Shown here piece by piece: positions 20,240-29,200 of a stretch of DNA of 61,623 nucleotides (within the stretch, counting starts at the first letter, position 1; every line of letters begins with the position of its first letter). The notes beneath the pieces are model-generated. The model saw nothing but the letters and a program-made list of their open reading frames with translations, made no database searches and was not told the origin of the DNA. Source of the DNA: a virus (lineage: Duplodnaviria > Caudoviricetes); the IMG/VR virus record IMGVR_UViG_3300036795_000110, positions 1 through 61,623 of that record. One strand, given 5' to 3'. A program made the translations under genes and the position numbers.

Positions 20240-20643
20240 GGCTGGATCGCCGGGTCGAGCATCCACTGGCCCCAGAACAGGTTGGTTGCGAACTCGGGGT
20301 CGGCGTAGTCCATCCACAGGGCGTGGAACCACGTTCCGGGCGGGGTAAGCGCCTGGCTGGCCGGCGGGTACAGCGCCAGGGTCAGCGTGGTCAGCAGCGA
20401 GTTGCCAGCGATCGTGATCTCGCCTGCCCCGGCCGGAGTCGGGCTACCCGCGTGGTCGCTGGTGATCTTGATGATGGGGCTGGTATCGGCGGGGGCCGCC
20501 TTGACCACGTATTCGAACGTATGCGACCCGGGCGGGAACGGGTCGGTTCCGTCGTCGCCGGTCCACAGCTGGATGTCCCACGTGGTGTTGCCGCCCCACG
20601 GCAGCCGCAGATCCCACTGGTTGGAGCTGCTGCCCAGCGCCAT
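20236..20643 (-). CDS. Ig-fold (BppU-like) structural protein
   Basis: Beta-strand pattern WDIQLW...FEYVVK...GEITI...LTLAL...GQWML. Confidence 0.6.
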   Translation of the reverse strand: MALGSSSNQWDLRLPWGGNTTWDIQLWTGDDGTDPFPPGSHTFEYVVKAAPADTSPIIKITSDHAGSPTPAGAGEITIAGNSLLTTLTLALYPPASQALTPPGTWFHALWMDYADPEFATNLFWGQWMLDPAIQP

Positions 20644-21752
20644 CAGTAGACCCCACGCGCGGGCAGGGAGTTCATCGAGGCCGCCCACTCCTCGGCCGAG
20701 TCCCGCGGTGTGGCCTGGCCCGCCCCGGTGTTCATGAAGTTCCCGGAACTGCGCCGGGCCAGCTCGTTCTCGATGTTACCGGCCAGGGCAGCCGACTGCC
20801 CGGCGTGGGGCACGATCTCCCCGGCCTTGTGGCGCTGGACGTCGGCCACCAGGTCCCCGTGGGCCGCCTTCAGATCGCCCGGGTGGGCCTGCCGGATCAT
20901 CTCCGCCGACTTGCCCTTGTCGTCGGCCGCCCGCAGCGACTCGGCCGACACCTTGATCCAGCCGTGCTCGTACCCGTGCGGGCCGACCTTGCCTACCGCC
21001 GGAGGCATTCCGTGGGTGTGGGCCAGGCCGTAGGCTACCCCGAACCCGCCCTGCGCCATAACGTTGTGGATGTGCTCGTGCTGGTCGATCAGCTGCTGGC
21101 GATTGAGTTTCTTCGGACCTACCCGCTGGCCGATCACCGGATTGCCCGAGTGCTCGTTCTCCAGATGCCTCCGTAGCTCGCCAACCGGCATCTTATCGGC
21201 GGTCTTGCGGTCGTTGGACGGGGTACCCTCGGGCACCGCGCGGACCCAGCCGTGGGTGAACCCGTGCGGGCCGGCCTTACCGATGCCCGCGCGCAGATAC
21301 TTGACCAGGTCAGGGACGACGGTCCGGTTCTCGTGGGCGGTAACCAGCGAGGCCGCATCCCGGGGGCGGCCCTCCCGGATCGCCGCGGCCAGCTCGTCGC
21401 CGTCGCCGTTGCGGGGCCGGTACCGGCCGGTCGGGCTGTGCCTCAGGTCGTGGCGTTCCTTGGTCAGCTGGTAGATCGCCGGGCCGAGGTCCATCTTTCC
21501 ACGCTCCATCCGCGCGTGCTGCGCGGGGTAGTAGCCCAGGGCCTCGTGGTGGCGCAGGTTGCAGTACCCCTTGGCCTGGTCGGGGGTCATGTGGCCGTGC
21601 TCGGTTACCTGCGCTACGCACCGGTCGAAGTCGCCCGGCGTGCCCCACGCGATCGCATCCGAGAAGGCGTGGTGCGTGGGGCCGCCGTGGCCGTGCCCGG
21701 TCCAGTAGTCCCGTAGGGTCTGAGCGTTCCCGTCCTTACTTGGACTGGGCAT
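20643..21752 (-). CDS. Head-locus polyprotein: N-terminal LRxYW/WGTPGDFxRC/GYCNLRH domain plus two GPxGYxHGW-tagged modules
   Basis: ATG 21752 (MPSPSKDGNAQTLRDYW); tags at 21246..21278 and 20958..20990. Confidence 0.8.
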   Translation of the reverse strand: MPSPSKDGNAQTLRDYWTGHGHGGPTHHAFSDAIAWGTPGDFDRCVAQVTEHGHMTPDQAKGYCNLRHHEALGYYPAQHARMERGKMDLGPAIYQLTKERHDLRHSPTGRYRPRNGDGDELAAAIREGRPRDAASLVTAHENRTVVPDLVKYLRAGIGKAGPHGFTHGWVRAVPEGTPSNDRKTADKMPVGELRRHLENEHSGNPVIGQRVGPKKLNRQQLIDQHEHIHNVMAQGGFGVAYGLAHTHGMPPAVGKVGPHGYEHGWIKVSAESLRAADDKGKSAEMIRQAHPGDLKAAHGDLVADVQRHKAGEIVPHAGQSAALAGNIENELARRSSGNFMNTGAGQATPRDSAEEWAASMNSLPARGVY

Positions 21753-22116
21753 CCCCGGCGGTCTCCTCGGCTGGCTCCGCCGCGTCCTCCGGGACCGTCT
21801 CCTCGTCCGCGGTGGGCTCGGTGCCGGTGACGGCACCCGTCGCGTTAACCACGGCAGCCGGGGGCGGCCCGGCGATCTCGGTGACCGCCGTATGCAGGGC
21901 GTCGTGCGCCTCGACGAGCTGGGAGTGGGCGTGCTCCAGACCGGCCTTGGCCGGGTCGTTGCTACGTGCGCCGAGCTGGTTCCGCAGGTTGGCGCGCGCC
22001 TGGCCCACGTGGAATACGGCATCCCACAGCTTGGTGAACAGTCCGGCGAACGCGCCGGGGACGGGCGCGGGGGTCTCCGCCGCTGGGTCCACGTTCTCGG
22101 GTGCGGTATCGGTCAT
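21736..22116 (-). CDS. Hypothetical helical protein
   Basis: ATG 22116 preceded by a TACAAT -10 element and RBS. Confidence 0.65.
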   Translation of the reverse strand: MTDTAPENVDPAAETPAPVPGAFAGLFTKLWDAVFHVGQARANLRNQLGARSNDPAKAGLEHAHSQLVEAHDALHTAVTEIAGPPPAAVVNATGAVTGTEPTADEETVPEDAAEPAEETAGDAQSK

Positions 22117-22156
22117 GGCGCGTTCCCATCCTCGTCGAGTAGGTGAATCGATGGGG

Positions 22157-22336
22157 TCATTGTACCGGCACGAGCCGGGACAGGACCAGCGCGTCATCCT
22201 GCAAATGGGCCAGGTCGGCCTCGTTGGCCGGGTCGGCGGCCAGCTCGTTTACCCGCTCCAGCGCCACCCGCGCGCTGCCCTTGTCCTCGAACGCCTCGTC
22301 GACCAGCCGGTCGGCCTCGTCCGTAGCTGTACTCAC
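22157..22336 (-). CDS. 59-aa acidic protein translationally coupled to the MuF polyprotein (candidate immunity/inhibitor)
   Basis: GTGA overlap with the MuF stop codon. Confidence 0.55.
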   Translation of the reverse strand: MSTATDEADRLVDEAFEDKGSARVALERVNELAADPANEADLAHLQDDALVLSRLVPVQ

Positions 22337-25300
22337 TTCTCCTCCTCCGAGTACCTGCTCACGTACTGCATCGCGGATTCCCACGCCTCGATGGTCTCGC
22401 CCTCGCCGCCCAGGCTCTTGGTCGTGGCGGTCCAGGACCGGGTGATCGCGCCGGCGATGACCCGCTGGGCCTGAGCGTCGTCCGGGTTGTTCATCCCGGC
22501 GGCCCGCATGATCTGCTTGGCCATCGTCGGGGCCTTGCCCGCCGGTCCCTCCCGGTTGATCTCGTCGGCTAGCTCGCGCATCCGGGTAGTTGTGTTGTTG
22601 CCCTCGGCCGAAGCCACCTTAGAAACCCAGCTCATGGCGGCCTGGGTAGCCCCGGTGTAGTGGCCCCACGACAGGCCCGAATCGATCGCATGGAGCGTAC
22701 TCCGGCCGCGGGCATACTCCTCGGCTGTCATGCTCGGGGCATTACCGAACCCAAGGTAGTGGTCTCCGATGCCGATCTTCTGGAAGAACTCCGGCGCGTG
22801 GTAGGTGGCGCCTAGCTCGGTGAACCCCTCCTCGATCGCGGCCCCGGCCGGGTTCTGGTACGCCTCCGTGTTGTCGTTCTGCCCGTCACTGCCCCAGTCC
22901 TTGAAGCCCTGGGCATGGATCAACTCGTGCAGGATGGTAACCGGGCCGCGCAGGTCCGAGCTGGCCACCCGCCCTTGTCGGGTTCCGCCTCCGGTCCCGC
23001 TGACCGCCCGGACCAGGTGCTTGGCCACGTCCTCCCGGACCTGCATCACGTTGTCCCAGCCCATCCGGGCCAGGATCGCCGCGTTGCCCTTCTCCGGTAT
23101 GACCCGGACCGACTTTATCCCGGGCGCGTCCCGCGCGCCCAGCAGGCCGGGAACGATGTCCTGGGCCTTGGCCACCAGATCGGACAGCGTGCCCGCCGTA
23201 GTGCCCTTGCGCTCGGCCTCGTGCTTGGCCTGGGCCTCCAGCGCCATGGGCTTTAGCGCGTCCCACGCCTTGGCGTAGTCGCCCTCCGGGTCGCGCTCCA
23301 CCACCGAGGGCATCATCGCCACCGGCAGCGGGTGCATGTCCATCGAGGTGTCGTCGGAGTCGGTGTAGGTGGCCATGATCTGGGGCTCGTGACCTGGCCT
23401 GGTGATCAGGCTGAACCGGGACTCGTCGTGCTTGCTGTCCGCGCTGATCCACAGGTTTACGCCGTAGAACGCCTTCGGATCGGTGGTAAGGGCAGCCTGG
23501 CGCCCGTCCGGCAGCTTGTACAGGTGATGGGTCTGCGGCAGCCTGCGCTGGAACGGCGACCCGTAGCCGCTACCGACCGGCTTACTGGTGACCTCGAAGC
23601 TGTGCTCGGACCCGGTCCTGAACCGGACCGTTGCCCGGGTGCCCTCGTTGTTGATCCCGGTGACCTCGCCCTTGCCGTTGCCCTTGGCCGGGTGGCTGAC
23701 CGCCTGGCCGATCGTGGGGATGCCGACGAAGATCCACCCGTGAATGTAGCCCTTGGGGCCGACCTTGACCAGGCTGGGCTGCACCACTTTAGCCACGGTG
23801 GCCTGCTGCCTGGCCTCCGCAAAGTTAGCCATCAGCGCCTGGTACCACTCGGACCGCTTGCTCTGGGCGAACTCGGGCTCCAGCGCCCGCAGGCCCTGCT
23901 CCCACTTGGCCCACTGGGCCGCGCTCCATCGGGCGCCGGACCGCTCAAGTTCCTTGCGGAACGGGCCGGTAGAAGATAGTGGGGGAGCGGTATACCGGGC
24001 GTGGCTGTGATCGATCGGCACCGGCTGGCCGTCCTCGGCAACCATCCAGTTACCATCGGCCCGGTCGGTGTTGCGGGTTAGTTTGTCCAGCAGTCCGATT
24101 CTTTCCCCGGCCGCCGATTTGGTGTACTTTTGCAGCCCTGGCTCGTTGATCTTGTAGCTATCGACCCCCAGGTCCACATTCGACTTGCCACGGACCACGG
24201 GCTGCCACAGCTTACCGCCCTTGACTAGGACGTGAGGAGCGCCGGCGCCGATCACGTCGGACACCCGGGAGGCCAGAACCTCCGCGTCGCGGTTGGTCTT
24301 GTCGCCGCTCTTGCGAATCCACTCGCTGCCGTCGTTGAACTTTACCCGGGCGGTGGCGTGGGTGGTCTTGCCGCCGGCCTCCTCGCTGGCGATCCCCGAC
24401 TTGTGGGCCGCGTCCAGGACGTGAGCAGCGTTCCCTCCGGGCGCACCCACGAAGACCCACCCGTGGATGTAGCCGTGCGGGCCGACCTTGGTCACCATAC
24501 CACCAGTCAACCCGGCAGTTGTCTCCTTGTCAACGCGGGCCGCCGCGGTCGAGGCCGGGTCGGAGCTGGTCCGCTGGTAGACGTGGGTCTGCAGCACGGC
24601 AGGAACGTCGGCATAGGCCACCTTGCCCACCCACGCGGGCAGCGGGACCCCGGCATCCCGGGCGGCCAGAGCACGGTGGTGCCCGTCCACGTCCAGGAGC
24701 TGCTCGCCCGGCCCGCCCTTGGTCGGCAGGTCGGCCAGTACCGCGGGCTTGACCTTCTCGCCGTCCCGGAACTTGTCCGCGAACCGGCCGACCTTGCCGG
24801 GCTGGTGGCTGGCCGCCCACGAGTCCATATCGTCGTGGTCGATCTCGTCCCACGTCACGCCGCGCGGGCCGCTCCACTCCGCCCGCAGCACCCACTCGAT
24901 CGATCCGGGCGGGTAGTTCTCCAGCAGTTGCTCGTAGACCTTCTGGGCGGTCTTGTCGGACTTGAACATGCTCGGTCGTTGCAGTGCGGCAACTACGCGC
25001 GGTAGGTCGGTGGCCAGCTCGGGCCGCAGGGGCTCCTGGTGGGCGATCTCGTCCGGCAGCACCCACGCCAGGGCCTCGTGGTGGGTACCGTCCGGATCGT
25101 CCACCTCATCCCTATCGCCGGTCGACATGCAGTGCTCGTTCGCCACGTCCATGATGAACGCCCGGTAAACGCCGTTGGAGCTGGTCCAGCCCGGCCGCGG
25201 GATACCGCCCGGCAGCAGCTTACCGACCTCCTCCTGCCATTCGCGGACGGCAGCCACGATGACCAGTTCCCCGGGCTCCAGGGTCCCGCCGGGGAACTCC

Positions 25301-26280
25301 CAGCAGCCGGGCGCCTTGTCGCCGTCCTCCTCGGACCGCTTGATCATCAGCACCCGGCCCGTGTCGGCCGCGCGCAGCACGACACCGGCCGCCACCACGC
25401 CGGCCTTCTGGATACTGGTAAGACGCATCGGCGGGATACCGGATTCCGGCAGGTCGTCCGGCAGGACCGCACAGCGGCAGGGGCCGGGGTGGGCCGGGGG
25501 GGCTACCACGCCGGAATCGAACAGTCCGCCGATGGGGATGATGCCCTGCTCCTGGTTGGCCATACAGACCGGGCACACCCGCTCGTCGTGGGCGGTACTC
25601 CAGCGCTTGCCCTCCTGGTTGGCCTCCCGGTACGCACCGAGGGCGGCCAGCGAGGTCGCACGGTTCAGCTCGGTCGAGGCGATCATGTAGTCGCGGGACG
25701 GGTTGTCCAGGATGGGCCGGATATTCTCCGCGATCTCGTCGGCCGACGAGCCGCTGTCAAACCCGGCCGCCAGCTGGTCGGCCAGCTGCCGCATCCGGGT
25801 ATCCGCGATCGACTTGATGGTCTGGATACCGTAGGTGTCGAGCATCTGCTGGAGGCCGTCGCCCGCCACCAGGCGGGCCGCGTCCACGTCGCCGGGCTGC
25901 CAGTGGTCCCAGAACGTGGAGTCGTAGGCCGAATCGACCATCTCCTTACCCGCCTCGCGGCCGACCGCAAACCCCTCGGTCCACAGGTTGGCCAGGATGC
26001 GGTGCAGGGCCTGGGTTACCACGTTGGCGATGCCGCGCGCCACCAGCCAGCCCCACGCAGCCGGGTTCGGCATGGCCGACTTCTCGACCGCCCCGGACGG
26101 GACCGACTCCAGCCACAGGCGGGCCAGGTCGAGCGGCTCGACCTGGGCCAGCGAGCGGGTCAGCTGCTCGCCGTAGATCCGGGCTAGCTGCTGGTCGTGC
26201 CGCCACCCGGACCAGGGCCGCGCAGAGGAGCCGTCGCTGCTGTGCTGCCACTGGTCCAGGGCCTCGGCCAGCGCGATCAT
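22333..26280 (-). CDS. MuF (SPP1 gp7-like) minor head protein fused to Nudix, ParB-like, HipA/PI3K-like kinase, SH3/Tudor-like and HExxH metallopeptidase domains
   Basis: IASTELNRA...KRWSTAHDERVCPVC...PPAHPGPCRC (MuF); GGTLEPGELVIVAAVREWQEEVG (Nudix box); DGHHR; K...EVLAS...NTDRADGNWM...IDH; HELIH...EEGFTE. Confidence 0.88.
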   Translation of the reverse strand: MIALAEALDQWQHSSDGSSARPWSGWRHDQQLARIYGEQLTRSLAQVEPLDLARLWLESVPSGAVEKSAMPNPAAWGWLVARGIANVVTQALHRILANLWTEGFAVGREAGKEMVDSAYDSTFWDHWQPGDVDAARLVAGDGLQQMLDTYGIQTIKSIADTRMRQLADQLAAGFDSGSSADEIAENIRPILDNPSRDYMIASTELNRATSLAALGAYREANQEGKRWSTAHDERVCPVCMANQEQGIIPIGGLFDSGVVAPPAHPGPCRCAVLPDDLPESGIPPMRLTSIQKAGVVAAGVVLRAADTGRVLMIKRSEEDGDKAPGCWEFPGGTLEPGELVIVAAVREWQEEVGKLLPGGIPRPGWTSSNGVYRAFIMDVANEHCMSTGDRDEVDDPDGTHHEALAWVLPDEIAHQEPLRPELATDLPRVVAALQRPSMFKSDKTAQKVYEQLLENYPPGSIEWVLRAEWSGPRGVTWDEIDHDDMDSWAASHQPGKVGRFADKFRDGEKVKPAVLADLPTKGGPGEQLLDVDGHHRALAARDAGVPLPAWVGKVAYADVPAVLQTHVYQRTSSDPASTAAARVDKETTAGLTGGMVTKVGPHGYIHGWVFVGAPGGNAAHVLDAAHKSGIASEEAGGKTTHATARVKFNDGSEWIRKSGDKTNRDAEVLASRVSDVIGAGAPHVLVKGGKLWQPVVRGKSNVDLGVDSYKINEPGLQKYTKSAAGERIGLLDKLTRNTDRADGNWMVAEDGQPVPIDHSHARYTAPPLSSTGPFRKELERSGARWSAAQWAKWEQGLRALEPEFAQSKRSEWYQALMANFAEARQQATVAKVVQPSLVKVGPKGYIHGWIFVGIPTIGQAVSHPAKGNGKGEVTGINNEGTRATVRFRTGSEHSFEVTSKPVGSGYGSPFQRRLPQTHHLYKLPDGRQAALTTDPKAFYGVNLWISADSKHDESRFSLITRPGHEPQIMATYTDSDDTSMDMHPLPVAMMPSVVERDPEGDYAKAWDALKPMALEAQAKHEAERKGTTAGTLSDLVAKAQDIVPGLLGARDAPGIKSVRVIPEKGNAAILARMGWDNVMQVREDVAKHLVRAVSGTGGGTRQGRVASSDLRGPVTILHELIHAQGFKDWGSDGQNDNTEAYQNPAGAAIEEGFTELGATYHAPEFFQKIGIGDHYLGFGNAPSMTAEEYARGRSTLHAIDSGLSWGHYTGATQAAMSWVSKVASAEGNNTTTRMRELADEINREGPAGKAPTMAKQIMRAAGMNNPDDAQAQRVIAGAITRSWTATTKSLGGEGETIEAWESAMQYVSRYSEEEK

Positions 26281-29200
26281 GCGGGGACTACTTCCACGTG
26301 AGTAGTGCCGTCCGGCTCTACCCGGACGGAGGCTATTTTGTATTTGCCCCGGGATACGTACTCGTCATCGTCGGAGTTTGGTCCATGGTTGTACCGGGCC
26401 AGCGATACGGCCGGTACTCCGGACCCGTGCATGACCACCTGGTGTGCTCTCGGCTGCCAGCCTTCGACTCCTTCTCCCCGGGCGTACCGGCCGGCTGATG
26501 CCGGATCGCCGGACCACGACAGGGCGTCGTGCTCGAACGTAGCCCCGGGCTTGAAGATCGACGTATCGTCTACCGACATTCCACGATACAGATGGTCCTG
26601 CGGCGTACTGTCGTAGTCGATCAGTTCGTTCATGGCAGAGGCTGCACCGACCAGCTCGCGATCCCAGTCACTCTGGTCGAACAGGACCTTATCGCCCTTG
26701 GCGTTGGTAATGTCAGGAAACCTGGCCCGGTCAATCCGGCCCTCCGGCCGGTCTGTGTACGGGTGCTGGCCGTTGCGCAGGTTCCTCATGACATGCCGGA
26801 CAGCCAGCATATCGCCATAGGAACTGCTCCAGAGGGTCACCGCCCGGTCCGTGCTGACCCGTTCCCGTAGCCCGGCGTAGCGCCTGCTCGCGTCGGTGTA
26901 CTGACCCGGTACCCGATATTTCTGGGCGATCTGCTTTACCGGTCCGCTGTAGTCGATCTGGCGGCTGGCAGGATCGCCCGCATGGACCCACCCGTGGGAG
27001 TAGCCCTTAGGGCCAACTTTGGAGACCATCGTAGTCGTCCCACGCGCTTTTGGGCCAGCATCACCTGCCTTGGTCACCTGGTGGATCTGGGCTCCCTCGG
27101 GCTGGTCGCAGAACGTACAGGCGCCGTATCCGCCCCCGGCAAAGCGGTGGGGCCTGCCGCTGGCCTCCAGGTCGTACGGGGCCAGGCCCTGCTGCCCGCC
27201 CTGCTCGTTCAGCGGGGCCGAGGTCGACATCACCTTGGCCACCTGGCCGTGCAGGATACCGGTAACCGCGTCGTCCGGCAGGAACTCGGGCTCCCACGGC
27301 TGGCGGCCCGAGGCCATCGCCGCGATGGCCGCCTGGACCACGTGGGTGGCGATGTGGCGGGCCAGGCCCGGGTCCACCCCGGCGGCCATCAGTTCCCGGA
27401 TCAGGTGGCCGGTCACCGCGGCGGCTGCCGCGTCGTCGGCCTTCTCGCCCGGCTTGAGCGGGGTAATCGGCAGCTCAGTGTGCTGACGCCGGACCTGGTA
27501 GTATTCGGCCAGCTCTCGGCCCACCTCGGGCATCTTGTCCAGCAGCAGCGGCCCGAGGGCCACCAGCGACAGGCCGCCGGTAAAGAACGCCATGGCGATC
27601 GAGGCCGCCACGCTGACCAGGCGGATAGCGGCAGCGGCCTTGGCCTCCTTGTGCTTCTCGGCGTGCAGCTCGGCCCGTAGCGCGTTGATCTGCTTCTGCA
27701 GGTCCTGGACCTGGGCGTCGGTGTACACCCGGGCCTGGTTGTTGGCCGTGGCCACCGTTCGCATGTGGGTAGGCGGCTTCGCTGCGCCGGTCCCCAGGTC
27801 GCTGGTACCAGCTCCGGGGTCCTTGGACCACCGGCCGCGGGCGTCGCGTAGCTCGCCCTCCCACCCGGACTTGCGGACCTGCTCGACCTGGCCCGTGATC
27901 GTGGGCGGGCCGAACGCGCTAATCACGAACTCGCGAGTAACCGCTGCCGCGTCGTCCGGGTCCAGGTGCTTGAGCAGGGATCCCACGTGGTCCATCACCA
28001 GGCCGGGCAGGTACCGGGTCTCCCACGTCCTCAGCTGGCGGCCCTTGTTCAGGTGGCGCCGGAGGGCGTCCAGCTCCGACAGCATCGCCTTGGAGGAGGA
28101 GCTGGCGTGCTCCTCGTCGGCGCCGGCGGTCAGCGGGGGCCGCACCGGAGGCTCGAGTGGTTTACCGGCAGCGAAGTCCTCGTGCATCTGCTGCTGGACA
28201 CCCGCGTGGGCCTCGGCCGCGTCCTGCCGGGACTGGCCGACCTTGTCGCCCGGAGCCGGTCCCACGTGGGGCGGGGGAGCGCCGGGAGGGCCGCCGGGGG
28301 GCGGGGTCTGGCCGGGAGGGGCTCCCGGCGGCTTCGGGGCGGCTCCGGGCGGGCTCGGGGACCCGGCCGGGGGCTTCTGCCCGGGTGGCAGCGCCGGGGG
28401 GCTCCCCGGGCCGCCCGGAGCCGGGGGGGCACCGCCAGGCGGGGGCGGGGCACCGATCGGCTGCGGGGGAGGCGTGCCCATCGGCCTACCGGAGGTCGGG
28501 TCGATCGAGCCCAGCGGGACCATGCCCGCGGTAGCGCTCACGAACACCGGGTCGGAGGTGATCGGCAGGCCCCACGGGGCCTTGTCCAGGGCGATCCGGC
28601 ACTCGTCGATCGAGCTGAACCCGAAGGACACCATCTGGACCAGGCGCTCCACCAGGGCGTTTTCGTCCTCGTCCTCCTCCAGCCCCTCGAAGACGAACCT
28701 CATATCCTCCTGGTGCCAGACCTCCTGGATGATCACGTTGAATACGTCGGTGAGGAAGGCCAGGGTCGGCTTAAGGGACTTGCGCTGGTTGGTGCTCTGC
28801 GACGCCTTGGCCATCTGATTCGCGGCGCCGGGGGACTGGGTGGTCGAGACCTTGGGGCTGACACCTAGCTCCATCGGCATCACATCGAACGCCATGCACA
28901 CCTGGGTCATCACGATCTCGTCGAACTGGTCGGCCAGGGCCACCGGCCGCATCGGGAACACCTTGGAGCCCGGCGGCAGGGCGATCGACTTGTGCTTCCA
29001 CGCCGGGTCGCCGGCCAGGGCGTTCTGCTGGTTCTGCCAGATCTCCAGCTGGTTGGGCGTCCAGCCTAGCTGCTCGCCGGGGCTGATGTAGTTGCCCGGG
29101 ATCGTGCCCTCGTCGAAGAAATCCATCTGGAACTGCTGCTTACGAAGGCCGGTGATCACCGGGATGATCGACCGTTCGATCGGCGGGAACCCGTAGGGCG

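Noticed and set aside
28250-28480. G/C-run-rich tract as a DNA repeat or G-quadruplex element
   Set aside because: It is explained by the Pro/Gly-rich linker of the portal protein.
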